Origin: Octopus vulgaris
Lineage: Eukaryota
Reading direction: 5' to 3'
DNA: 64,000 bases
NCBI GenBank assembly: GCA_951406725.2
Contig: OX597817.1
Coordinates: forward strand, 96,534,001-96,598,000
A model generated the notes under the pieces. The model saw only the letters and a list, made by a program, of their open reading frames with translations, made no database searches and was not told where the DNA came from. Shown one piece after another: positions 49,908-61,729 of this stretch. How positions within the stretch are numbered: position 1 is the stretch's first letter; the number at the start of each line of letters is the position of its first letter. A program made the translations under genes and the position numbers.

Positions 49908-52472
49908 TGACTATATCTAAACCCTATTTTGTTGATTTATGTACTAGTATTAAACTAAAATTTAGTATGTGATTTATAATAGATATTACATGATTTTATA
50001 TGTTAAATTTAATATTATTAAATAAATAATTTATATTTTAATAAATTTATAAATATATAACTTAATGATAGTAGTGTAGTGTTTCCAATTCTTTATGAGG
50101 TTTGGTATTGGTCAATAAGAGTTATTAAAGGCTCTTTATTTACTTAAAGTTAGATTATATTTAGATGTTCATTTTATTACTAAATATTTATGCGTTTAAT
50201 GAATATAGATTATATGAAGGTTTATAATTTTGAATGTATAGGATAATAATTTTTTCTTTAATATTTTTTAAAATGATAATTTGTATTTTTTTATTCAATT
50301 ATAGAACAGTGTATTTGATCTATAGATAAATTAATTTACCTATATAATTAGTTTAATATATTATTGGTTAGCTTTTATTTTGAGAATTAATATTATTATA
50401 TATAATATAAATATATATTTATCTTATACTTGAGTTAAGTTTATGGTTTGTTTTAAATTTGTTAAATAAATCTATTTGTATGTATTTTCTATATATTTGA
50501 AGTAGATTTATTTAGATGTTTATTTAATGAATATTATTTAGTGAATTTTATTAAAATATAGTTTTTATATTAATTAGTGGTCATATTATAGATAATGCTT
50601 GAATTAATACTGAATTAATTTTGAATGTGTCTAATAGTTATTTTTAAATTTTTTATTTATATTAATTTGACTACTACGTAATTTTTTTATATAAATTAAT
50701 TAAATCTTATAAGATTTTTAGAATATACACAGTAATTGGTAGTTATATTAATTATTTAATTTATTGAGTATAATTTATTGTAGTTATTTTTAATGATAAA
50801 TCTTATAGTATTTAGTGGTTTTATTCTATAATTGTGATTTCGTTTTATTTACATTTATTGATAAACTATAGCTGTTTCCATTGACAATAATTTTTATTGA
50901 TAAAATATATTTGTAGTTTTTCATTGTTAAAAAAATTCTTCATCTATTTATTCTATTTCTGTTAATAACGTAATTCCACGAGTATTCTTATAAACGCTTA
51001 AAAGACGTTTTCCGTTTTAAATTTTAGTTCATGACACAGCCCTGGTAAAGCTAAGTAATCTATTTCTATTTAAGATTTAAAAATTTTTAAATATTTCAAT
51101 AAGTTTTATTGTATTATTTTGTATATTATATAAATACTCATTGTTATTTGATGTTGAATATATGTATATAATTATTAGATTATAAATATACGTTATTTGT
51201 AAGATATTACTTAGCCATTGAGATATATAGATCGTTAATAATTCTACGTTTTTTTTTAAAGTTAGGTTACGGGTTTATAATTTGATTTTAATCTTTAATT
51301 ATTTTATATTAATATTTAATACTTATGTAAGTAGTATTGGATTAATTAATTTATTTATTTTTCTTTATATGTCTATACATTTATTGATAGCGTAAATTTT
51401 AGATTTTAATCACTATATTTGTTGATAATAATTTGGTTATTATTTCTTAAATATTTTATAATTATTAGATGTGTACTTAAATCTTAAATATGAATAATGA
51501 TTATTTAGTTAAATAATTTGTTAATTAAAATTTTGGACTATAACTGAGTTAAGGATATTCGTGAGTTTATTATGTTTTTTTAAGCCATATTATATATTCA
51601 TAGATATCTATAATAGTGACTTTGTTCTATTATAGCTTAAATATAGCGATTTCCATTGATAATTTGTATTAGTATTTTTCATTGATAAAATATATTCGTA
51701 GTTTTCGTTGTTAAAAGAATTTTCCATTTGTTTATTATTAGTTTAGTTAATGACATGATTTTTGAAACCTAAGTAAACCTTCTTATTAAAGTTATTTTAG
51801 TTATTTTAATAATTTATGTTATTTTGTATTATATTGGATACTATATAACTAAGGATTGATAATTTAATTGTATAAGTATTTAGTTGTTGAAGATATGTAT
51901 TTCATTATTAGATTATAACTATATGGTTTTTGTAAGTTACTAATTGGCCAATGAGATATATTGATCGTTAAATAGTTATACGTTTTTTTAAAGATAGGTT
52001 ATACATTTATAATCTGCTTTTTCATCTTTAATTTTTTAATATATTTCGTAAATAATAATGGAATAATTAATTTATTTAGTTTTCATTATACGTATATATA
52101 TTTATTGATAGAGTAAACTTTAGATCTTAATTATTATATTTATTGATAATAATTTAGTTATTAGTCTTAAATATTTTATAATTATTAGATTTGAACTTAA
52201 ATTTAAAAATATGAATAGTAATCATCTTTTTGTTAAATCATTTGGTAATTAGATATTGACTATAACTGAGATTAGGTTATTTGTGAGTTTATTAGGTTTT
52301 TACAGCCATTTTATATCTTAATAGATAAATACATTTTCTATCTATTTTTACCTTAAAAATTAATATTTAACATTATAATTGGATTGTATGGCATTATCCT
52401 AATCGTTAAAGTTTCTAATTTGATAATAGAGTTTTTTATAAGAAAAATTATTATTTTATTTCTTAAAAAAAC

Positions 52473-53515
52473 TCTTCCGCCTTCCATTTCCTCCCTATTC
52501 ATACCTTTGGAGGATTTTCCCGGATGCTCTGATCTTTTGAATACCTTAGCATCATTACTGTCCTTGCCTTTCCTGCCTTATATTCTTCAGTGATTGATGT
52601 TATTGGTAGTTGCAGCATGGATTTTTCCATATAGTGCAGTTGTATTCAGTGGTTTCGGCAGACCAAGCCATTTTCTGATAAACACACTGCATCTTTGTTC
52701 CATCCTTTCTACTCTACTCAAGGCTATTTCGTACATTTGCAATGACCACATTATCCTTGGGTACAGCCCGAATTGCAGTATCCAACATTTGAATTTTCCC
52801 GGTAGTGTTGTTCTGTCAATTGCCTTTAATCCTTGTTCTACTAACTCATGTGTTTCTTTCCCTTGCTTCTTATCATTTAATGAATCTCTGTACCATCTGC
52901 CGAGACTCTTTACTGGTTGTTCTTTCACCGTTGGTATGTCTTCACCTCCTAGCTTGAATTTCACTTCTTCTTGTACTCCTTTCACAAAAGCCATGCTTCA
53001 AGATTTTTGGGCTTTGAATTTCATTCTTGTTCATCCTATCAGTTTGTCCAACCGCTCTAACGTTCCCTCTGCTGCTTCTCTACTTTCCGATAATACAGTA
53101 ACCTTGTCCATAAAAGCCCTTAATGGTGTCTTTGTAACAGCTTTCTCACAGTTTGTAGATCTAAGTAACATTTCCATGACCTGCACGAATAAGATGACTG
53201 ATATCGTGCATCCAGCTGCAATATCTATTTCAAGTTGTTGCTACTCAGTTGTGAACTTTCCTGCTGTAAATCTCATCTTCAGGTTGTCGTAGTAGAACAT
53301 GAGCATTTGTTGAACATCTTTTGGAATCCAAAAGTAGTCCATCGCTGTTTTTATTAGTGTGTGCAGAACAGATCCATAAGCATTGGCGAGATCTAGCCAA
53401 ACAATGTACAGGTTTTTCTTCAGTTGTTTTGCACAGGTGATGGCTTCCCAGATGGCAAATGCATGTTCTATGCACCCAGGGATTCTGGGGATTCCTGCTT
53501 TTTGGATTGCTTCAT
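52473..53515 (-). mobile_element. HERO-like non-LTR retrotransposon RT fragment
   Basis: QKAGIPRIPGCIEH, WLDLANAYGSV, AGCTISVILF, PVKSLGRWY, LPGKFKCWILQFGLYPRIMW. Confidence 0.8.
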
Positions 53516-53795
53516 TAAGTAATAAAGAACAATAAGAAAAGTAAGATGAATAAGGAGAATAAAACATTACAACAATGTAAAACATTAGGAGTGTCAGTAC
53601 CCAGGTATACTTACTTACATACCCACATTTACGGTCCTTTGTATACACACACTTGCTCATATGGGCAGTTAAGTTGATGTCATTAAACTGTCCAGTCATT
53701 CTTGTATCTTGCTGTGAGGCAAGGCACCATAGGCTCTGGCTGACTGAGTGAGGGGCCTCTGTTGGTTGTAAATCTCTTAGTGGCTATTTAATACA

Positions 53796-55368
53796 TATGT
53801 ATAAACTGTGTATCACACTTCATTGCAAGTCAAATTTTTGTTGATATTTTGAATATTAAACTTTGTACAAATGTGAAACTTGATTAATTGAAAGATCCCA
53901 AGTAGGTTCTATGTAGTGAACATTTCAATCATATTGATAAGCTACATACAAAGTTGAGTCATGTATTTTGAGGTGCTTTCAACTGTGTCACGCTTTATTG
54001 CAGGTGTACAAAAACATCAATTTAAGGTAATGAAACAAAGTATTATCATTATATTATTATTTTACAGTAATACTGAAACATGCTACCGAAGAATGGCAGA
54101 AAAAGATATGAAACAAACACAATTAAATTGTTGATGTTGTACTTTATTTGTCTACGTAACTTCCTTGTTTAGAAATGACATCAAACAGTCATTTGTCCAC
54201 AGAAGCCGTTAGCCAACTAATATCTTCTCAGAGATATTATGGTATCAGCAACTGTTTTGATCTTTTCCTACAGGCATCCTTCAATAAAAACTAGATACCT
54301 TCTTCATACTCTTTCTGCTTCAAGATCGACCAGAGCTGGCCAATAGGATTTAGGTTAGGAGAACAGGGAGGCCAAGTTATAAGTGATTGGCCTGTGATTG
54401 CCAAAGCTGCGAGATGCAAAATTGTAGCCTTCGCTGAATGCAAAGGAGCATTGTCATACATAAAAATCAATCATCATCAACATGAGAATGGCAGATCATC
54501 TAACCATGCTGTAAAATGCTCCTCCAGAAATGCAGTGTAGGAGTTGCTGGTGAGTTTGATACTCGGAAAGGCCTGACAAGTTCATTTCCTATGATTCTAC
54601 CCAAACATGACACCACCACCTCCTTGTTGACATCAAATGTGATGCGGGCGAGTGGCTGCAAGAGGCACCCAAACTATGGCCCATCTGTCGGGTCCATCCA
54701 AAGTAGCTCTGGCCTTATCCATGAAGAGGACATCTTGGAAATTAATCTTCATGTACTTCTGTGTTTAATCAATATGTTTCTCATTGTGGTTTTTGTTTAG
54801 GATGGGTCTAGTGACACACTTAACACTTCTGGCCGTCTCTTTAAGGATCCTACAATGGGTGCTTCTGGACAAAGGAGCAACCCCAGCACTTTCAAATATG
54901 GCGGCACTTGTGCTACCGAGGTCTTTTCTTACTTGTATACCAATATTTTGGATGTCACGCTGGGATACACTTCTTCTTGGACTTTTATCTTTCCTTGGTT
55001 TGGTGATGAAGTTTTCCATATACGCCTTCAGTGTTCTTGTATCCCAACCAAGCTCTTGGACTAATTCTCTCATAGATAAGCCTTCTGCAAGGCCTGCAAC
55101 AGTCTGCATCTTCTCTGTAGCTGTCAGACGTCATTTCAGGGACATTTTTGTACACCTGCAATAAAGCATGACACAGTTGAAAGCACTTCAAAATACATAA
55201 CTCAACATAACTTTGTATGTAGCTTATCAATATGATTGAAATGTTCACTGAGTACATACCTACCTAGGATTTTTCAGTGAACCAAGTTTCACATTTGTAC
55301 AATCTTTAATATTCAAATATCAATGAAGATTTGACCTGCAATAAAGCGTGATACACAGTTTATAACAT
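53796..55368 (-). mobile_element. Tc1-like DD37E (TRT-type) transposon with ~220-bp TIRs
   Basis: TIRs ~53796-54018 and ~55142-55368; VLFMDKARATLDGPD; YDNAP..WPPCSPNLNPIG with 37-residue spacing (E decayed to G). Confidence 0.87.
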
Positions 55369-55705
55369 AGGCCTATAAATATACATACATACTTATATAC
55401 ACGCATGTATGAATACACACATGCATGAATACACACATGCATGCACATACACACACACATACATTCCTTTCTTTTATTTGTTTCAGTCAACTTCACTGTG
55501 GCCATGCTGGAGCGCCACTTTTAGTTGAACAAATCAACTACAGGTCTTATTCTTTGTAAATCTGGTACTTATTCTATCGGTCTCTTTTGCAGAGCCACTA
55601 AGTTATGGGGATGTAAACACACCAACATTGGCTGTCAACCATTGGTACAGGGACAAACACAGACACATAAATACATGTATATATGTATTGATATATATAT
55701 ATATA

Positions 55706-56364
55706 CTAGCAGTATCGCCCGGCGTTGCTCGGGTTTGTAAGGGAAATAACTATATAAGCATTTTTAGAGAGTTATAGCAAAAAAATTAGCAAAAAAATGC
55801 ATTAAAAATGAAATAAAAAATGATGGTAATTTTTTTTTTTAATCGTTGACTCATCGTAGACATTTTTAGAGAGTTACTTCCCTTATATAATAGCGAAAAA
55901 GTTCATTAAAATGGAAAAAATGATGGTAAATTGTTTTTAAAATCGTAGACTCATCGTAAACGCTTTCTTAGCCATTTCTTTTTTGGTGTCTTCAAGCCAT
56001 GAAGTCATTGTTCTAAAAGAACGCTGGTCTCCTTGACAACGCTTTACGGCGTTGATTTCCTTACACTCCCTTCCCCACAGCTTCACGAGGGAGGAAAGAA
56101 GGGGGAGAAGCAACACAGGTGCAGGTGTGACCATGGACGCCAACTCTGCCGCCATTGACACACGAAAAAATATGCGTTAAAATGGAAAAAAATGATGTTA
56201 AATTATTTTTAAAATCGTAGACTCATCGTAGACGCGCGCTAATACCCAGACGGGCTCGATATGAATCACGACTATAAGATACCCGAATTTGGTTAAACTG
56301 CACCGCAAAATGTGGGAGTAGTTAGGAATCTAAATTGTAGGAGACAGACACTCACACAACTACA

Positions 56365-56375
<11 letters not shown>
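55706..56375 (-). mobile_element. Non-autonomous Helitron
   Basis: Minus-strand 3' end: hairpin CCCGAGCAACGCCGGG, 8 nt, CTAG, then T; internal ~100-bp imperfect repeats; 5' end merges into (TA)n. Confidence 0.72.
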
Positions 56376-56431
<56 letters not shown>

Positions 56432-56452
56432 ATGTATGTATGTGTATGTATG

Positions 56453-56485
<33 letters not shown>

Positions 56486-56486
<1 letters not shown>

Positions 56487-57588
56487 GTTACGAGGGGACC
56501 TTCGAAAACTGTACGGAATCCCTCAGACAGGCCCGTTTGATGCAGCGAATAAGCTACGGAAACTCATCGGAGAGAGGAGAGAGAGGACACAACCGCAGCA
56601 AGGCAACAGAGAGATACAGAGAGGCACCCGAGAGAGAACACAAAACGGCAACAACTACTGGCTTACATTTAACACTAGTTTATGACAATCAATTGTTACA
56701 ACATCAAGATACATCAAAGCATTTAAAGGAAACAACAAATCAATACATCATACAACAGATCAAAGCATTTAAACATGCAAGTAACAATATAACAGTCCGG
56801 TGACGACACAACAAGGTCAATATATCAGCATTTCAAAGGTACACGTCCGAAGACACAGTTCTTTTCCAAATCACTTCAACAGATAACGTTCACAGTTCTT
56901 TAAAGTCTTTTTCTACACATATCAACACAATTCTGAACATAAATACCACAACTCGATAATCGACACATCAACAAGTCCTTTACTGTTCTTTTCACTATTC
57001 AATGCACCAACTCTTTTTCCTTCTTTTTCTTCACATATCAACACACAATTCACGTACCTTAATTCCTAATTAGAATTGCCAGTGTCCCATATTGCACCCC
57101 ATCTCTCTCTCAATACTGCTAACTCCAGCCTGCCAAGCTCCTGAATCCCACCGCTTGCTCCTAAGATTCCAACTCCTTGTCCTGACTTCCAAGATCCGTC
57201 TGTGCTCTTTGACGACCGAATACCAACTACCCAAAACCTCACTTGCTCTCTCCCTTCCCACTGCCCTCATCTCCATCTGTCTCTACTGCTTATACCCTCT
57301 CTATCTGCCCTGGTCCCTAACTGCCTGTCCTCCTCTGCCCCTCATCCTCTCTCACTGCCAATATCCTCTCCATCTGCTCTTAGATTCCTTACTCTATCTT
57401 TTTCTCACTACTGCTAGATTCTTCCTCACATCTCTCTGACCCCTAATCGACCGCACAAGGCCAAAAGGTCCCTCCAAAACCCCATTAATCTCCCAGTAAA
57501 CAAAGGACTGTTACTTTTTACTCCAGTCCTGCCAGCACCATCATTCCAAAGTGGGTCAAGAAATACTGCACTAGCCAAACCCATAACA
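56486..57588. mobile_element. Probable solo LTR (~1.1 kb)
   Basis: Termini TGTTA...TAACA, embedded in (TA)n, no coding similarity recognised; target duplication unclear. Confidence 0.5.
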
Positions 57589-57589
57589 C

Positions 57590-57623
<34 letters not shown>

Positions 57624-58104
57624 TACATACACACAATGGGCTTGTTTCAATTTCCATCAACCAGATCCACTCACAAGGCTTTGGTCAGCCCAAGGCTATA
57701 GTAGAAGACACTTGCCCAAGGTGCCTTGCAGTGGGACTGAACCCGGAACCATGTGGTTGGGAAGCAAGCTTCTTACCGCACAGCCACACCTGTACATTAT
57801 ACATATAGACACACATACACACACACACACACACATGTTCATCTGCTCACACATATATATCTGTGTTCACACACCCACACACATATATATATACCACAAC
57901 ATATCCTTATATATATATACATACATACACACATATTCACCTACTCCCACTATATATGTATCCTTTTGCCCTTGTGCTTATGCCTCAACAGACATTTGTG
58001 TACATAGAAAGGCACACATACATACACATGTAAAGTCACCTAAGTACATCTATTTACAGATGTATGCATGCATATACATACATATACATGTTTGTTTCAA
58101 ATAC

Positions 58105-58309
58105 AGGTACAACAGAAACAGGAAGTAAGAGTGAGAGAAAGTTGTGGTGAAAGAGTACAGCAGGGATCACCACCATCCCCTGGCGGAGCCTCGTGGAGCT
58201 TTAGGTGTTTTCGCTCAATAAACACTCACAACGCCCAGTCTGGGAATCAAAACCGCGATCCTATGACCGCGAGTCCGATGCCCTAACCACTGGGCCATTG
58301 CGCCTCCAC
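58105..58309 (-). mobile_element. tRNA-derived SINE head
   Basis: Minus strand GTGGAGGCGCAATGGCCCAGTGGTTAGG (A box) and GGTTTTGATTCC (B box). Confidence 0.72.
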
Positions 58310-58508
58310 TTATAATTATTAGATGTGTACTTAAATCTAAAATATGAATAATGATTATTTAGTTAAATAATTTGGTAATTTAATTTTGGACTATAACTGG
58401 ATTAAGGATATTCATGAGTTTATTATGTTTTTTTAAGCCATATTATATATTCATAGATATAGTGACTTTGTTCTATTATAGCTTAAATATAGCCATTTTC
58501 CATTGATA

Positions 58509-58755
58509 ATCATCATCATCATCATCATCATCATCATTTAGCATCCGCTGTCCATGCTAGCATGGGTTGGACGGTTCAACTGGGGTCTGAGAAGCCAGAA
58601 GGCTGCATCAGACCCAGTCTGATCTGGCAGTGTTTCTATGGCTGGATGCCCTTCCTAACGCCAACCACTCCGTGAGTGTAGTGGGTGCTTTTTACGTGCC
58701 ACCCGCACAAGTGCCATCGGAGCTGGCAAACGGTCACGAACGGATGGTGCTTTTT
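58509..58755 (-). mobile_element. RTE 3' fragment with ~1.5 array units
   Basis: (CAT)n followed by the reverse complement of the RTE 3' end. Confidence 0.88.
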
Positions 58756-59430
58756 GTTTATTATAAGTTTAGTTAATGACACGATAATTGAAAGCTAAGC
58801 AAACCTTTTTATTAAAGTTATTTTAATAATTTATGTTATATTGTATTATATTGGATACTATATAACTACTGATTGTTAATTTGATTGTATAATTATTTAG
58901 TTGTTGAAGATATGTATTTCATTATTAGATTATAACTGTACGTGATTTGTAAGTTATAACTTAGCCAACGAGATATATAGAACATTGAATAGTTATACGG
59001 TTCTTTTAAGATAGGTTATATGTTTATAATTTGCTTTTTCATCTTTAATTTTTTAGTATATTTCATAAATATATTACATTAATATTTAATATTTGCGTAA
59101 GTAATAATGGACTAATTAATTTATTTAGTTTTCCTTTTATGTCTATATATTTATTGATAGAGTAAATTTTAGATCTTAATTATTATATTTATTGATAATA
59201 ATTTAGTTATTATTCTTAAATATTTTATAATTATTAGATTTGAACTTAAATTTAAAAATATGAATAGTGATTATTTTGTTAAATAATTTGGTAATTAGAT
59301 ATTGACTATAACTGAGTTTAGGATATTCATGAGTTTATTATGTTTTTTAAAGCCATATTATATCTTAATAGATAAATACATTTTTCTATCTATTTCTTAA
59401 AAAATGAATATTTAACATAATAATTGGGTT

Positions 59431-60964
59431 TTCAGAGCATTAACCTCTGAAAATCTGCAGAAAACAACTTCCGTCACTTTCCAGGGGGAAAAACTAGAAG
59501 TAGTTGATAGCTTCCGTTATCTTGGTGACCAAGTCAGTAGTGGGGGTGGGTGTGCTGAAAGTGTAACGGCTAGAGTAAGAATAGCCTGGGCAAAGTTTAG
59601 GGAGCTCTTACCTCTGTTGGTGACTAAAGGCCTCTTGCTCAGAGTAAAAGGCAGACTGTATGATGCATGTGTACGAACAGCCATGCTACATGGCAGTGAA
59701 ACATGGGCCGTGACTGCTGAGGACATGCGTAAGCTCGCGAGAAATGAAGCTAGTATGCTCCGTTGGATGTGTAATGTCAGTGTTCATAGTCGACAGAGTG
59801 TAAGTACCTTGAGAGAAAAGTTGGACCTAAGAGGCATCAGATGTTTTGTGCAAGAGAGACGATTGCGCTGGTATGGTCATGTGGCGAGAATGGATGAAGA
59901 TAGGTGTGTGAAAAAGTGCCACACCCTGGCAGTTGAGGGGACCTGTGGAAGAGGTAAACCCAGGAAAACCTGGGTCGAGGTGGTGAAGCACGACCTTCGA
60001 ACTCTAGGTCTCACCAAGGAAATGACCAGAGACCGAGACCTATGGAAGTATGCTATGCGTCAGAAGACCCGGCAAGACCAGTGAGAACAATCAAAATCAA
60101 ATCATATATCAGAAAGCAGGGGTTAAGTGATCCATCCGTTCGTGTCCGCTGTCAGCCTCGTCTGGCACCCATGCCGGTGATACGTAAAAGCACCATTCGC
60201 TCGTGGCCGTTTGCCAGCTCTGCCTGGCCCCCGTGTCGGTGGCACGTAAAAGCACCATCCGTTCGTGTTCGTTGCCAGCCTCGCCTGGCCCCGTGCCGGT
60301 GACACGTAAAAGCACCGTCCGTTCGTGGCCGTTTGCCAGCTCTGTTTGGCCCTGTGTCGGTGGCACGTAAAAGCACCATCCGTTCATGTCCGTTGCCAGC
60401 CTCGGATGGCCCCCGTGCCGGTGACACGTAAAAGCACCGTCCGTTCGTGGCCGTTTGCCAGCTCTGTCTGGCAACCGTGTCGGTGGCACGTAAAAGCACC
60501 ATCCGTTCGCGTCCATTGCCAGCTCTGTCTGGCCCCGTGTCGGTGGCACGTAAAAGCACCATCCGTTCGTGTTCGTTGTCAGCCTCGGCTGGCCCCCGTG
60601 CCGGTGACACATAAAAGCACCGTCCGTTCGTGGCCGTTTGCCAGCTCTGTCTGGCCCCGTGTCGGTGGCACGTAAAAGCACCATCCATTCGTGTCCGTTG
60701 TCAGCATCGCTGGCCCCGTGCCGGTGACACGTAAAAGCACCATCCGTTCGTGGCCGTTCACCAGCTCTGTGTGGCACCTGTGCAGGTGGCACGTAAAAAC
60801 ACCCACTACACTCGCGGAGTGGTTGGCGTTAGGAAGGGCATCCAGCCGTAGAAACACTGCCAGATCTGACTGGGCCTGACGAAGCCTTCCAGCTTCACAG
60901 ACTCCAGTTGACCCGTCCAACCCATGCTAGCATGGAAAGCGGACGCTAAATGATGATGATGATG
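59431..60964 (+). mobile_element. 5'-truncated RTE LINE with 9-bp target-site duplication
   Basis: AATTGGGTT at 59422-59430 and 60965-60973; post-RT ORF 59617-60084; long array; (GAT)n tail. Confidence 0.95.
60132..60804 (+). repeat. RTE 3' UTR tandem array, 11 cores at 59-62-bp spacing
   Basis: CACGTAAAAGCACC-type cores at ~60181, 60243, 60303, 60364, 60425, 60487, 60547, 60608, 60669, 60728, 60790. Confidence 0.95.
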
Positions 60965-61107
60965 AATTGGGTTGTATGACATTATCCTAATGGTTTAAGT
61001 TTCTAATTTGATAATAGAGTTTTTTATAAGAAAAAAATTTTTTTTTTTTAATTTATTTATTAAAATATATAGTTTAAATCTATTTGCTTATTTATTTAAC
61101 TATTATC

Positions 61108-61210
61108 ATTAACCTGAAGATTGACTATAATTATAATTCGAATTTTTAATTGAATTTAAATTAATTGTAATTCAAATTGAATTATGGCCATGAAACGTAT
61201 GTACTGGTTT
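61108..61210 (+). ncRNA. Hammerhead-like motif, copy of 46936-47036
   Basis: CTGAAGA at 61114, GAAAC-gtat-GTA at ~61192-61203. Confidence 0.55.
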
Positions 61211-61584
61211 TACTTATTATATTATATCAAACTTTTTAATACTTTTTGATAGTTTAAAAAAAATCAATAAATTAATTAATTAAAAAATTAAAAATTTATA
61301 AATTTTAAATTTAAAAATATGAAAATATAAAAATTTATAACTATAAATATATATTTTAAATTCAAATAATTTAAATTTTATATTTTATTTATTTTGTATA
61401 TTATATTAATTATATTTATTTTTATGTTTTGGTTTATGTCTGTCACTGTTTGATTTGCCTAATAGTGGTTTTATCTCTAAATTAATTTATATTCATACTG
61501 TGAAATTTGATTTAATCCTAAATCTAATTTTTCCCTGTAAATTTGGATATACTCCCTAATATTATTATATATATATATATCTTG

Positions 61585-61725
61585 TATGTTCTACTTGTGT
61601 CAGTCATTTGTTTGTGGCCATGCTGGGGCACTGCCTTGTACAATTCTATTGGTATCTTTTGCCAAAACACTAACTTATGGGAACGTAAACATGGCAACAC
61701 TGGTTGTCAAGCAGTGGTGGAGGAC
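61585..61725 (-). mobile_element. SINE tail fragment (8793 family)
   Basis: CAGTCATTTG..GTGGCCATGCTGGGGCAC..GGTTGTCAAGC blocks. Confidence 0.7.
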
Positions 61726-61729
61726 AACC

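Larger units (their letters stand above)
46626..52472 (+). mobile_element. Near-complete AT-rich Penelope-like element with direct terminal repeats (pseudo-LTRs)
   Basis: ~270-bp direct repeat at ~46630-46897 and ~52205-52471; RT/EN frames 47514-49907; internal ~720-bp imperfect tandem duplication in the 3' region. Confidence 0.88.
55470..57790 (-). mobile_element. SINE (8793 family) split at its internal microsatellite by two insertions
   Basis: Tail half at 55470-55700, head half at ~57600-57790. Confidence 0.75.
58310..61565 (+). mobile_element. Second copy of the AT-rich Penelope 3' region/pseudo-LTR, interrupted by two RTE insertions
   Basis: 58310-59430 matches ~51457-52383; 60965-61565 matches ~46803-47420. 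Confidence 0.85.

Noticed and set aside
58230-58309. tRNA gene
   Set aside because: A and B boxes are present but the cloverleaf is incomplete and continues into a SINE body.
60171-60300. Array unit as a pistol, twister or hammerhead ribozyme
   Set aside because: CGTG..CACG-TAAAA superficially recalls pistol P1, but I could not find the required pseudoknot partner and P2 closure; no twister or CUGANGA/GAAA core on either strand.
60132-60804. Array as a CRISPR locus
   Set aside because: Variable segments are only ~5-11 nt and recur, there are no unique spacers or cas genes, and the context is a eukaryotic LINE.
60109-60920. Repetitive ORFs across the arrays (also 7677-8090, 9341-9952, 40008-40571, 43252-43707)
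   Set aside because: Products of a GC-rich repeat; unit lengths shift frame. Only the last part of 40008-40571 is real, as the exon at 40023-40100.
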